DNA of 64,000 nt, taken from the IMG/VR virus record IMGVR_UViG_3300050120_000279; one strand, 5' to 3'. Shown in pieces: positions 24,055-33,596 of the stretch. How positions within the stretch are numbered: position 1 is the first letter of the stretch; the number at the start of each line of letters is the position of its first letter. Position numbers and translations under genes: made by a program. The stretch is from a virus. Taxonomy: Duplodnaviria > Heunggongvirae > Uroviricota > Caudoviricetes. The notes beneath the pieces were generated by a model that saw only the letters and a program-made list of their open reading frames with translations, was not told the DNA's origin and ran no database searches.

Positions 24055-26505
24055 GTGCAGAAGAAGTCAAGTAGCAAAGCTGTCGACGAGCCAGTGTCGT
24101 CACAGATGCAGATCAAGAAGCGCAATGGTTCTTTGGAGCCTGTCGACCTGAACAAGATTGTCCGTGCAATCGGACGTTGCTGTAATGGTTTACCCAATGT
24201 CGATCCGATTCGTGTGGCCTCAAAGACCATCAGCGGTATCTTCAATGGCGCAACCACCCAGCAGCTGGATGAACTGTCCATTCAGACGGCCGCGGCGCTT
24301 ATCTCAGAGGAGCCAGAGTACTCAAAGCTGGCAGCGAACCTCATGGCGGAGTACATCCGTAAGGAAGTAGCCAACCAGGAGATCCATTCGTTCTCCCATG
24401 CCATGACCGTGGGCCATGAGCAGGGGCTGATCAATGATCGTCTTCTGGAGTTCGTCAAGATCAATGCACGCAAGCTGAACAACGCGATCAAGGAAGAGCA
24501 CAGCGAGCTGTTCGAGTACTTCGGTATCCGGACTGTTTACGACCGCTATCTTCTTCGTCATCCTGTGAGCCGTAAGGTGATCGAGACACCTCAGTACTTT
24601 ATGATGCGTGTCGCTGCTGCCTTGGCTATGACCGTGGCCGATGCTCTTGAGACCTACCGTCTCATCAGCAACATGAACTACATCCCGTCGACCCCGACGT
24701 TGTTCAATGCGGGCACGACTCACGAGCAGATGTCCAGCTGCTACCTAATGGCTCCTCCCGAGGACTCCATCGAGGGCATCTACGAGATCTATGGTGAGAT
24801 CGCATTCAACTCCAAGTTCGCTGGTGGTATCGGCAGTCCCTGGGGTACGATTCGGTCGGCTGACTCGCTCATCAAAGGCACCAACGGCAAGTCCAATGGC
24901 ATTCTCCCCTGGCTCAAGACACTGGACTCGTCCGTGGCTGCAGTCAATCAGGGCGGACGCCGTAAGGGAGCCGCCGCGGTCTACCTACCAACTTGGCATG
25001 CTGACATCGAGGATTTCCTTGAGCTGCGCAACAATACCCTCGACGCGAACAAAGCGACACGCAATCTGAACCTGGCCCACTGGGTCCCGGATCTGTTCAT
25101 GGACGCGGTTGATCAGGACCGCGACTGGTATTTGTTCGATCCCAAGGATGTACCTGACTTCAACGAGAGCTTCGGTATCGATTTCGACAACGCCTATTCA
25201 GACGCTGTCACTGCCGGCAAGTTCAAGAAGAAGGTCAAGGCTCGTGACCTGTATGCCAAGATGATGCTTACCCTCGCAGAAACCGGCAACGGTTGGATGT
25301 GCTGGTCTGATCGGTCAAACGTCAAGTCGAACCAGACGGGTATGGGAGATGTCATTCATTCCTCGAACCTCTGCACAGAGATCCTCGAGGTGACCAAGCG
25401 CAAGGATTCAGACACCGAGACGGCTGTCTGCAACCTGGCTTCCGTGGTTCTTCCGTCGTACTGGGACCGTATCAAGGGCTCGTTCGATTACAAGACCATG
25501 GTGAAGGATATCAAACAGATCGTCCGTCAGCTGGATCGCGTGATCGACCTGAACTTCTACCCGATCGTATCGGCTGAGGTCTCGAACAAGAAGTGGCGTC
25601 CCATTGGTTTGGGTGTCATGGGCCTACAGGATGTGTTCTTCCTCGCCGGCCTGCCGTTCGATAGTCCTGAGGCCGTATCGCTCTCGACGAAGATCCAGGA
25701 AGAGATCTACTACGCGGCAATGTCTGCGTCATGTGATCTCGCGGAGAAAGAGGGTTCGTTTCCCAACTTCTCCAAGACCCGAACAGCTCTGGGCAAGTTG
25801 CAGTTCGATCTCTGGGACGTAGTTCCGGCAGACAAAGCACGCTGGGATGCTCTCAAGGATCGTATTGCCTCAACAGGCCTGCGAAACTCGTTGGTCATCG
25901 CCATCGCGCCGACGGCTACCATCGGATCTATCATCGGAGTCTACGAGTGCATCGAGCCGCAGGTTTCGAACCTGTTCAAGCGCGAGACACTGTCGGGCGA
26001 GTTCATCCAACTCAACCGGTACCTGGTAGCCGACCTCAAGAAGATCAATCTCTGGAACGAGGACATCCGTTCCAAGATCAAAATCGCTGATGGGTCGATT
26101 GCAGGCATCGAGGAGATCCCGGTGAACCTCCGACTGCTTTACCGCACGGTCTGGGAGCTGTCACAGAAAGACCTGATCGACATGGCGGCCGCCCGCGGCC
26201 CTTATATCGACCAGAGTCAGTCTCTGAATCTGTTCATCGAGAATCCTACGGTGGGCAAGCTGTCCTCGATGTACATGTATGCCTGGAAGAAGGGCTTGAA
26301 GACGACGTACTACCTGCGCTCGCGCGGTGCTTCGTCGATCGCCAAGACCACGGTAACCTCTGCTCCTACGACCAGTGCGTTTCCTCCAGCCATGCGTGAA
26401 GTGAAGACAGACCCGGCGCTGCAGCATCTTCTGGATGCAGCAGCGATGGGCGCGGCAATAGCGTGTTCTCTTGAGAACCCTGAATCGTGTGAGGCTTGTC
26501 AGTAA
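24055..26505 (+). CDS. nrdA: ribonucleotide reductase class Ia large subunit NrdA with N-terminal ATP-cone
   Basis: ATP-cone (QIKKRNGSLEPVDLNKIVRAI), catalytic NLCTEI, C-terminal redox Cys pair; GTG start with AAGGAA RBS (alternative ATG at 24106). Confidence 0.9.
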   Translation: MQKKSSSKAVDEPVSSQMQIKKRNGSLEPVDLNKIVRAIGRCCNGLPNVDPIRVASKTISGIFNGATTQQLDELSIQTAAALISEEPEYSKLAANLMAEYIRKEVANQEIHSFSHAMTVGHEQGLINDRLLEFVKINARKLNNAIKEEHSELFEYFGIRTVYDRYLLRHPVSRKVIETPQYFMMRVAAALAMTVADALETYRLISNMNYIPSTPTLFNAGTTHEQMSSCYLMAPPEDSIEGIYEIYGEIAFNSKFAGGIGSPWGTIRSADSLIKGTNGKSNGILPWLKTLDSSVAAVNQGGRRKGAAAVYLPTWHADIEDFLELRNNTLDANKATRNLNLAHWVPDLFMDAVDQDRDWYLFDPKDVPDFNESFGIDFDNAYSDAVTAGKFKKKVKARDLYAKMMLTLAETGNGWMCWSDRSNVKSNQTGMGDVIHSSNLCTEILEVTKRKDSDTETAVCNLASVVLPSYWDRIKGSFDYKTMVKDIKQIVRQLDRVIDLNFYPIVSAEVSNKKWRPIGLGVMGLQDVFFLAGLPFDSPEAVSLSTKIQEEIYYAAMSASCDLAEKEGSFPNFSKTRTALGKLQFDLWDVVPADKARWDALKDRIASTGLRNSLVIAIAPTATIGSIIGVYECIEPQVSNLFKRETLSGEFIQLNRYLVADLKKINLWNEDIRSKIKIADGSIAGIEEIPVNLRLLYRTVWELSQKDLIDMAAARGPYIDQSQSLNLFIENPTVGKLSSMYMYAWKKGLKTTYYLRSRGASSIAKTTVTSAPTTSAFPPAMREVKTDPALQHLLDAAAMGAAIACSLENPESCEACQ

Positions 26506-26757
26506 ATGGTCACTTATCACGTAGTTGTGAGCGATGACATGGACATTGTCTTTGTAGGTAATGTTGATGCCTCCAATGACAGCGGCCACGGCCGCCACCG
26601 GCTAAAGGCGGACATCGAGAAGATGTTCCTTGACTTCGGACCTACCTATCGCGTGGAGATCACTCTCGCGGCAGTAGCCTCCCGGCCAGAAGTACTCCTC
26701 CACGAACTCAAGACTGTTCTCACAGGGCTTGAAGGCAACGCAACCAAGGAGCTGTAA
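26506..26757 (+). CDS. hypothetical protein
   Basis: 83 aa ORF, TAAATG overlap with nrdA. Confidence 0.35.
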   Translation: MVTYHVVVSDDMDIVFVGNVDASNDSGHGRHRLKADIEKMFLDFGPTYRVEITLAAVASRPEVLLHELKTVLTGLEGNATKEL

Positions 26758-26891
26758 ATGTGCGCTGAAGATTACGAAGATGAAGACTTCGACGACGAAG
26801 AGGACGATGACGAAGATGATGACGACCTCGATGACGACTTCGATGATGAGGACGAGGACGATTGCGACGAAGACGATGAGGATGACTGTTG
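26758..26891 (+). CDS. 44-aa polyacidic micro-protein (about 90 percent Asp/Glu)
   Basis: ATG directly after the upstream TAA; MCAEDYEDEDFDDEEDDDEDDDDLDDDFDDEDEDDCDEDDEDDC; stop overlaps the next ATG (ATGA-type coupling). Confidence 0.35.
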
Positions 26892-27203
26892 ATCGTCATT
26901 CACTCTGACATGGAGTCTCCTGGCTCAACGGAATCTGCGCAGGCTGCGCGGGTGTTCAGGGCCGGGAGAGCTTTCTCCCATTTGTGTGCCGATACCGAAG
27001 ACGAACTTCGTGCCTATGCCAAAGCGATCGGTCTCAACATGAGATGGATCCAGAACCCTGGAAATCCACAGCGCGTTCACTTCGATGTGACCGGCGCCTG
27101 GCTTACCAGAATCCGCAACGACGACCGTGTAGTCAACATGACCATGCGTGAGTGGGTCGATTGGTATTCCGCACGGAATAAGCGATACGAGGTACTTGGA
27201 TGA
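26889..27203 (+). CDS. hypothetical protein (possibly DUF4031-like, VHFDVT motif)
   Basis: 104 aa ORF. Confidence 0.35.
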   Translation: MIVIHSDMESPGSTESAQAARVFRAGRAFSHLCADTEDELRAYAKAIGLNMRWIQNPGNPQRVHFDVTGAWLTRIRNDDRVVNMTMREWVDWYSARNKRYEVLG

Positions 27204-27349
27204 GGACTAATTCGTATCCTGGTTGGCGCACGATGACCTCTGTCCAACGACGTAACGCCAAGATGGACCGTATCTGGGAAGCCGCGAAGGATGCTCAGAC
27301 AAGGTTCAATGCATCGAGTCGTGAACCCGCTACAACCAAGTAACAAAGG

Positions 27350-28375
27350 ATGCTACACATGAGCAATACCAAAGATGATCTTCTGTCCCCCGGCTTCGAT
27401 CTCAATCTTCGACCTATGAAATACCCAGACTTCTATGAGATGGTGGGCCTGGCAGAGAAGAACACCTGGACTGTTGAAGAGGTGGACTTTTCCACCGATC
27501 TCGTCGATCTCCGAACTAAGGTGACGACCGCTGAGAAGCATATGATCCAGCGCCTGGTCGCGTTCTTTGCCACCGGGGATTCCATCGTCTCGAACAACCT
27601 GGTGTTGAATCTTTACACCCACCTGAACTCTCCGGAAGCTCGCCTGTATCTTTCACGCCAGCTCTGGGAGGAAGCCCTGCACGTCAAGTTCTATCTGACA
27701 TTGCTGGATAACTACATCCCGGAACCTTCGGAACGCAACGCAGCCTTCGCCGCGGTGGATAACATCCCATCGATCCAGAAGAAGGCTGAGTTCGCCACCA
27801 AGTGGATCGATTCGATCAACGATCTGCACCGTATCGAGTCCACTGAGGACAAGAAGCGCTTCCTTCTGTGTCTCATCTGCTTTGCTGCATGTATCGAAGG
27901 CATGTTCTTCTTCGCTGCGTTCGCCTATGTGTACTTCCTCCGCTCGAAGGGTCTGCTTCATGGCCTTGCGACTGGGACCAACTGGGTTTTCAGGGACGAA
28001 TCGGCTCACATGGCGTTTGCCTTTGCTGCGATCGACGTGATCCGGGTTCAGTCTCCGGAACTGTTCGACGAGGATCTCAACAACCGGATTATCGAGCTCA
28101 TCGAAGATGCGATTGATACCGAGGTTCAGTTCGCCGAAGATCTTCTGTCGGGTGGAGTCGTCGGGCTCAGCGCCAAGGACATGCGTCAGTACTTGGAGTA
28201 TGTTGCTGACCAGCGCTTCGCGCGCTTGGGCATCAACTACAGCTACGGGTCGACCAATCCCTTTCCGTTCATGGAACTCCAAGACGTGCAGGAGCTGACG
28301 AACTTCTTCGAGCGACGTGTCTCTGCATACCAGGCCAATGTCACGGGAACCGTCGGTTTCGACGAGACCTTTTAG
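27350..28375 (+). CDS. nrdB: ribonucleotide reductase class Ia small subunit NrdB
   Basis: Di-iron/tyrosyl radical motifs (EEALHVKFY, FAACIEGMFFFAAFAYVYFL, NWVFRDESAHMAF); alternative start at 27359 with better RBS spacing. Confidence 0.9.
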   Translation: MLHMSNTKDDLLSPGFDLNLRPMKYPDFYEMVGLAEKNTWTVEEVDFSTDLVDLRTKVTTAEKHMIQRLVAFFATGDSIVSNNLVLNLYTHLNSPEARLYLSRQLWEEALHVKFYLTLLDNYIPEPSERNAAFAAVDNIPSIQKKAEFATKWIDSINDLHRIESTEDKKRFLLCLICFAACIEGMFFFAAFAYVYFLRSKGLLHGLATGTNWVFRDESAHMAFAFAAIDVIRVQSPELFDEDLNNRIIELIEDAIDTEVQFAEDLLSGGVVGLSAKDMRQYLEYVADQRFARLGINYSYGSTNPFPFMELQDVQELTNFFERRVSAYQANVTGTVGFDETF

Positions 28376-28415
28376 GTAGCTTTGGCTGCGGCCACAGGGA
28401 GCATAGATCTAAGTC

Positions 28416-28667
28416 ATGAACGCAAAGACCATACGAGTAGAAGTCAGCGCAATAGATGTGCAGGGTAGTGTCGTGATCGATGATCTCAGTATTACGGCCG
28501 ACACTATCCTGCGGGATGGTCTGCGATTGGTTGGTGGGAGCACCTACGGATTCCTCGAACTCCGTCTCCTCATACCAAAAGATCGTCTTGATGATGTCAC
28601 CCGCGCTGTACGCCAAGGGAAGGTCGAACTTTTGATCGATAGCATCCCGGCCCGGGTAGCTGCGTGA
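28416..28667 (+). CDS. hypothetical protein
   Basis: 83 aa ORF. Confidence 0.35.
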   Translation: MNAKTIRVEVSAIDVQGSVVIDDLSITADTILRDGLRLVGGSTYGFLELRLLIPKDRLDDVTRAVRQGKVELLIDSIPARVAA

Positions 28668-29080
28668 ACAACAACGAAGTGAAGCAGGTCACGGAGTCTG
28701 TTGAGCGCACCTTCGCCAAGGCCGTCAAGGCTACGAAAGAAGATCCGGCTGGAGATATCTACAAGGTCACTCTGCCATTTCTGGATCGGAAGGGTGAACC
28801 CTTCTGTCTGTGGACGTTTCGCCAACCCAAGAGCAAGAAGATCATCCTCTCGGACAGCCGGCGGATCACGAACAGTTTGGGTGTTGCCGGTGCCACTAAC
28901 CTCAAAGCCGTCCAGCTCCTGGTGGGAACCTATGGTCTCACTCTCATGGAAGACAAGACGGTCATGGATATATCCAACCGGCCCCTCACGAAGAGGGTGT
29001 CATCGTTCCTGCAAGCCCTTGTTGCCGTTGATGGCACCCTGAGGATGTGGGACCAGATGAGGGAAGAAGTAAAAGCATGA
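28664..29080 (+). CDS. hypothetical protein
   Basis: 138 aa ORF, GTGA overlap. Confidence 0.35.
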   Translation: MNNNEVKQVTESVERTFAKAVKATKEDPAGDIYKVTLPFLDRKGEPFCLWTFRQPKSKKIILSDSRRITNSLGVAGATNLKAVQLLVGTYGLTLMEDKTVMDISNRPLTKRVSSFLQALVAVDGTLRMWDQMREEVKA

Positions 29081-29304
29081 CGTCTGCAGCACAGGATAAA
29101 GAGTTTATTGAGGCTACGATCTCCAGGACCCTTTTGGAGGATTCCATTGCCTGGCTTCGAAAGAATGTCGACATTGAGGAGCTCGTGGGTATCAGGGATC
29201 TTAAAGAGTACGTCCGCGGGTACACAGATCTCAACGACATCATTGAGTTCAAAGCTCTGAGAGAGTGGGCGCTCGCCAACGGATTCAAAGAAGTAGAGGA
29301 GTAA
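29047..29304 (+). CDS. hypothetical protein
   Basis: 85 aa ORF. Confidence 0.35.
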   Translation: MGPDEGRSKSMTSAAQDKEFIEATISRTLLEDSIAWLRKNVDIEELVGIRDLKEYVRGYTDLNDIIEFKALREWALANGFKEVEE

Positions 29305-29307
29305 GTA

Positions 29308-29787
29308 ATGGAATATCTAGCACGCGAAGATGAGTACCGCCCGCAAGAGGACGTAGCCGAGATGATGGTCATCTTCGGCCAGCAAGTCCGTACCTTGCCC
29401 GACATGATCATGGACCCTAAAGAGCGCTTGCTCACAGCGAACCTGGTCCTGGAAGAAGCCCTCGAGTTCTGTGTAGCTATGGGCTTCAACGCTGTCGAAC
29501 AGGAAGATGGTTCGATTGGCCTGGAACTCCATGGTCGAGACCCTGATCTGGTTGGAGCTTGTGATGCGATCGGCGATATGCTCGTCGTGGATTACGGAGC
29601 TGCTAACCGGCTGGGTGTCAAAGCGAAGGACCTCTTTCATGAGGTGGACCGCTCGAACAAGACCAAGTTCCACATTGATGGGGAAGGCAATCGCTACGTG
29701 AAGCGCCGCGAGTCTGATGGCAAGGTGATCAAGCCGGACCACTATTCGCCTGCCGATATCGAGGGTGTTCTCTGTCGCGCTAGGTAG
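29308..29787 (+). CDS. MazG-like nucleoside triphosphate pyrophosphohydrolase (candidate)
   Basis: All-alpha EExxE/LELHG..D..GD.L pattern and size typical of phage MazG. Confidence 0.5.
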   Translation: MEYLAREDEYRPQEDVAEMMVIFGQQVRTLPDMIMDPKERLLTANLVLEEALEFCVAMGFNAVEQEDGSIGLELHGRDPDLVGACDAIGDMLVVDYGAANRLGVKAKDLFHEVDRSNKTKFHIDGEGNRYVKRRESDGKVIKPDHYSPADIEGVLCRAR

Positions 29788-29848
29788 TTCCCCTGATTCA
29801 CGCCGGTCTTCGGGCCGGTTACCTTCTGAATATGAAACGAGAAGCACT

Positions 29849-30598
29849 ATGCACAGCGGATTCTTCATCACGATCGAGGGCATCGACGGAATAGGCAAGT
29901 CTACCCAGATCAAACTCCTCGTGGATGCCATCAAGTCGGCAGGCCAGGCGGTATATCTAACCAAGGAACCTGGTGACAAGTTCACTGGCTCCATCATTGG
30001 CGCACCTATCCGGCATATGCTGTTCACCGATCCCGGTACGCAAGCTTTGGGTCCTGGCATTGGAGATCTACTTTTCCTCGCCGATCACATGCAGAATGTC
30101 TACGAAATCAAGAAGTATCTGGAGACCGGAGTTACGGTCATCTCAGATCGCTATGCTGATTCCCAGTTCGCCTATGCGGCCAGTCCTACTAAGAAGGCTC
30201 CTGCCTGGGCCAACAAGCTATTCGCAGAGCACTACGGGGTGATTCCCGACCTTACCCTCCTGATGGTCGCTCGTGGACCGAGTGCGCTATCTGATCCGTT
30301 TGCAGCAGAGGATATCGGATGGGCTTTACAGCGTGCTAATGCGCGCCGCGGCGTCGAAGCCGGTAAGCAAGACGGCAAAGCGTGGAATGATATCGAGGCC
30401 CAGCGAACCATTCAGAATGCGTATCTAACAGGACTGACTGGCAAAGCTCGCACTGCGATCATCAACATCTGGGATAGCAGCTCTGCCGAGACCGTCCATG
30501 AATTGATCATGGCTGCTATTCTCCTGGCACAGTCCCGTCACGGCGAAGGCAAGCAGCCCAACCTTCCACTTGTGGAATTGGTAGCCGAAGCGGCATAG
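29849..30598 (+). CDS. tmk: thymidylate kinase
   Basis: FITIEGIDGIGKSTQ P-loop, DRY motif (ISDRYADS), lid region. Confidence 0.8.
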   Translation: MHSGFFITIEGIDGIGKSTQIKLLVDAIKSAGQAVYLTKEPGDKFTGSIIGAPIRHMLFTDPGTQALGPGIGDLLFLADHMQNVYEIKKYLETGVTVISDRYADSQFAYAASPTKKAPAWANKLFAEHYGVIPDLTLLMVARGPSALSDPFAAEDIGWALQRANARRGVEAGKQDGKAWNDIEAQRTIQNAYLTGLTGKARTAIINIWDSSSAETVHELIMAAILLAQSRHGEGKQPNLPLVELVAEAA

Positions 30599-31941
30599 TG
30601 GCTCGTAGAGGACAGGTCTTCGAGCCGGTAGCGACCGCGCTCGAAGATCACGTACCGGTGAACTATAAAGTGATCGGTACCGCGGACTGGTTTGCCTCAC
30701 GGTTTGAACCAGATGCGGTTGATGAAGCCGACAAGATCGTTATCAGCAATGGTAGCGACCTGGCTCCCCACAAAGAATGGATCAGCCGGCAGAAGGCCAT
30801 CGGTGCGGATACCGAGACCACCGGCAGGATCGTCAAGGGCAACAAAGGCTACTCGATGAACCCCGTAAATGAAGGGACTCGACTAGTGCTGCTGCAACTC
30901 GGCACTGAAGAACGCACTTACCTGATTGATCCTGATCTCGTGGAGGAGTTCCGTGAACCTTTGGAGTCCACCAAGATCCTGAAGATCCTACAGAACGCTC
31001 TGTATGACTTCAAGTGGTTGATGACCAAGAAGAACGTCCACATGACTAGGATCTACGACACCATGCTGGCTGAGCAGGTACGCACTGCCGGCTTGATGGG
31101 TGTCAAGGTAGGCCTGGCGGATATGGCTCGCAAGTATGACCCCTATTACCTGATCTCGAAGGCCGTTCGCGGTCTCTTCGTAGAGCTGAATGAGGGGAAG
31201 ATGAGCCGGCCAATGGTGTACTACGCGGCTCGCGATATCCCGTTGATGTTCCCCATATTTCGGGCACAGCTCAAGGATCTGAAGGCCAATGGCCTGGAGA
31301 GCACCGCGCAGCTGGAGTTCGACTGCATCCCCTGTACGGCTGAGATGGAACTGGGCGGGGTCTTCTTGAAGACTGCACCTTTGGACCTGCTCATTCAGTA
31401 TTGGCAGGACAAGCAGGAGGCTATGGGCAATCAGATCCTCGCCATGTACAGCGAGGAGTTGAAGAACAGAGGTATCGGCAGTTCCTCTTTGATTCCCGAC
31501 CTCGATGAAGCATTTGACCTTGGCTCTGCCGCACAGAAACTCGTAGCCCTCCGAGCACTGGGCTTCGAGCTCGATGATACGAAGCGCGAAACCTTGATGG
31601 AACTCGATCACCCCATAGCGAAACTGCTTGGTGAGTATTCGAACGTCACCAAGATGACGTCTACGTACGGCGACAACATGCGACAGAAGATCAACGAGTT
31701 CACAGGCATGTGGCACCCACGATTCGCGCAGATGGGCTCCGGTGAGATGGAAGCTGCTTCTGGACGCGACAACACGACTACGACGGCGACCGGCCGTTAC
31801 GTTTCAGACGCACAGCAGTTCCCGCGCAAGACGGAGCGGTATGCCAATGAGAAGGACCAGGTCCTCCTGGGCCTTGTGGCAGATCACTTCAAAGCGCAGA
31901 TCGCTGATGTCGAGAAACGGGATAAGGACATAGCAGCATGA
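30598..31941 (+). CDS. family A DNA polymerase, N-terminal part (3'-5' exonuclease plus thumb region)
   Basis: Exo I GADTETTG, Exo III YAARDIPLMFPIF; ends before polymerase motif A. Confidence 0.8.
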   Translation: MARRGQVFEPVATALEDHVPVNYKVIGTADWFASRFEPDAVDEADKIVISNGSDLAPHKEWISRQKAIGADTETTGRIVKGNKGYSMNPVNEGTRLVLLQLGTEERTYLIDPDLVEEFREPLESTKILKILQNALYDFKWLMTKKNVHMTRIYDTMLAEQVRTAGLMGVKVGLADMARKYDPYYLISKAVRGLFVELNEGKMSRPMVYYAARDIPLMFPIFRAQLKDLKANGLESTAQLEFDCIPCTAEMELGGVFLKTAPLDLLIQYWQDKQEAMGNQILAMYSEELKNRGIGSSSLIPDLDEAFDLGSAAQKLVALRALGFELDDTKRETLMELDHPIAKLLGEYSNVTKMTSTYGDNMRQKINEFTGMWHPRFAQMGSGEMEAASGRDNTTTTATGRYVSDAQQFPRKTERYANEKDQVLLGLVADHFKAQIADVEKRDKDIAA

Positions 31942-32372
31942 GCAAGCAAGTTCAGCACGAAACAGTGAAGTTCAAGCTGTCTGATGTAGACGATGAGGAA
32001 CTCCGGACCAAACTCGAGCACAAGTTTCTCGTGTACGAGAACCTCAAGCGCGAGCAGGTCAAGGCAATCCGTGAGGCGCAGCGTGCTGCAGCCCGTGGAA
32101 CTATGGCATTGGCCGAGGTTCAGTTGTCGGAATCGGAGCTTCTGATCGAGGCTTCTGAAGCCTTCGATTTGATCTCTACCGAGCCGGCCTGGATCATCCG
32201 TCGTTCTCCCAATGGCGCGGTCATCTTCGAATGCATGCTCACTCAGACGGACATCCAGAACGTCCAGCGAGGGCAGATCAAGCAGATGAAGGAACAGATC
32301 AAGCCCACGGTGGATGACGACGACGATGAAGACGACTCTGCCTCGGATGAAGGTATGTTTCGCAAGGAATAA
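31938..32372 (+). CDS. hypothetical protein inserted between the two polymerase genes (acidic C-terminus)
   Basis: 144 aa ORF, ATGA overlap with upstream gene; ends DDDDDEDDSASDEGMFRKE. Confidence 0.4.
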   Translation: MSKQVQHETVKFKLSDVDDEELRTKLEHKFLVYENLKREQVKAIREAQRAAARGTMALAEVQLSESELLIEASEAFDLISTEPAWIIRRSPNGAVIFECMLTQTDIQNVQRGQIKQMKEQIKPTVDDDDDEDDSASDEGMFRKE

Positions 32373-32375
32373 CAC

Positions 32376-33329
32376 ATGGACGTTGGAGATCTCGTAAAGC
32401 TTGATGTACGAGACGGCGTCGATATCATGGGCTCCTTCCTCGGGATCTTCCAGGACCGTGAATGGTACTGGAGTCTCGAGGACAAGGTAACACTCTGGCG
32501 GGTACCGGACATTAGAGAGTGCATTGCGGCCCAGCCGGGCCACAAGGTTCTCTCTGCCGACTACAGTCAGATCGAAGTAAAGCTGATGGCGCACCTGTCC
32601 AGGGATCCAGTCCTGATAGCGGCCATCAATTCGAAGAAGGATATCCATTGCTTTACTGCGACGGAAGTCTTCGGGAAGAAGCTGAACTTCACCTACGAAG
32701 ACATCTTCAATGCGACCCAGCATAAGGACGCAAAGAAGCATCCTCGGCACAAGGAACTCAAGCGACTTCGCTCGAACATCAAGGTAGTGACGTTCGGTGT
32801 CCCCTATGGCGCCGGTGCTAAACGCGTCGCCGCAATGACAGGAATGACGGACGTCGAAGCTCAGGCGTTCATCGATGAATACTTCCTGAAGTTCCAAGTA
32901 TTGAAGGCCTGGCTCGAAGCCCAGGGTAATTTGGCTCTCAAAGAAGGATACACAGCGACACCGAACGGCCGCCGCCGTTTCTACACGCTGCCTCCCAAGG
33001 GAGACCCAGATTACGACGGTCAGTTGGCGCAGATCAGGCGCTGGGCAGGTAACCACCCGATCCAGGCAGCTAATGCCGACATGCTCAAGCTCGCGATTCG
33101 CAAGATTTATCTAGCGATCCGTGGGGGAATAGCGACCGGCCCTAAGCTGTACGACGCAAGGTTGTCTCTGGTCGTGCATGACGAAATCGTAATGATCTGT
33201 GCGGATAAGGATGTTGATGCCGTATCCAAGATCATCGACCGGGCAATGACGGAAGCGTACGACGAGATCATTCCAGATATCTGGAACACGATCGTAGTTG
33301 TGGCTGACGACATCTGGGAGAAGGTCTAG
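32376..33329 (+). CDS. family A DNA polymerase, C-terminal part (palm/fingers with motifs A, B, C)
   Basis: Motif A LSADYSQIEVKLMAHLS, motif B RLRSNIKVVTFGVPYGAGAKRV, motif C LVVHDEIVMIC. Confidence 0.8.
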   Translation: MDVGDLVKLDVRDGVDIMGSFLGIFQDREWYWSLEDKVTLWRVPDIRECIAAQPGHKVLSADYSQIEVKLMAHLSRDPVLIAAINSKKDIHCFTATEVFGKKLNFTYEDIFNATQHKDAKKHPRHKELKRLRSNIKVVTFGVPYGAGAKRVAAMTGMTDVEAQAFIDEYFLKFQVLKAWLEAQGNLALKEGYTATPNGRRRFYTLPPKGDPDYDGQLAQIRRWAGNHPIQAANADMLKLAIRKIYLAIRGGIATGPKLYDARLSLVVHDEIVMICADKDVDAVSKIIDRAMTEAYDEIIPDIWNTIVVVADDIWEKV

Positions 33330-33345
33330 CACACGAAGGAACTCT

Positions 33346-33594
33346 ATGAACCGCGCCGATCTGGTGGATGCAGTTGCCAAAACCGGACTCACCATTCGGG
33401 AGGCGCGGGGTGTAGTGAGTGTTGTCTTTGGCTCGATACAGGGTGCTCTCGAAGATGGAGAAACGGTAAAGCTACCGTTTGGAACCTTCGAAGTCGTCGA
33501 GCAGTCCCGCCGTCCGAAACGAGGCTGGCTGCTGGGTCGAGTCCGAGTGACATACAAGCAGCGGAAGTACATCAGATTCACCTTTGGAGAATAG
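33346..33594 (+). CDS. HU/IHF-family DNA-binding protein
   Basis: MNRADLVDAVAKTGLTIREARGVVSVVFGSI...GETVKLPFGTFEV follows the HU fold signature. Confidence 0.6.
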   Translation: MNRADLVDAVAKTGLTIREARGVVSVVFGSIQGALEDGETVKLPFGTFEVVEQSRRPKRGWLLGRVRVTYKQRKYIRFTFGE

Positions 33595-33596
33595 CA

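Noticed and set aside
31938-32372. Group I intron or intein explanation for the split DNA polymerase
   Set aside because: The gap is a normally coupled protein-coding ORF with ATGA overlap and an own start. There is no endonuclease or intein block and no obvious structured RNA; not excluded without RT-PCR.
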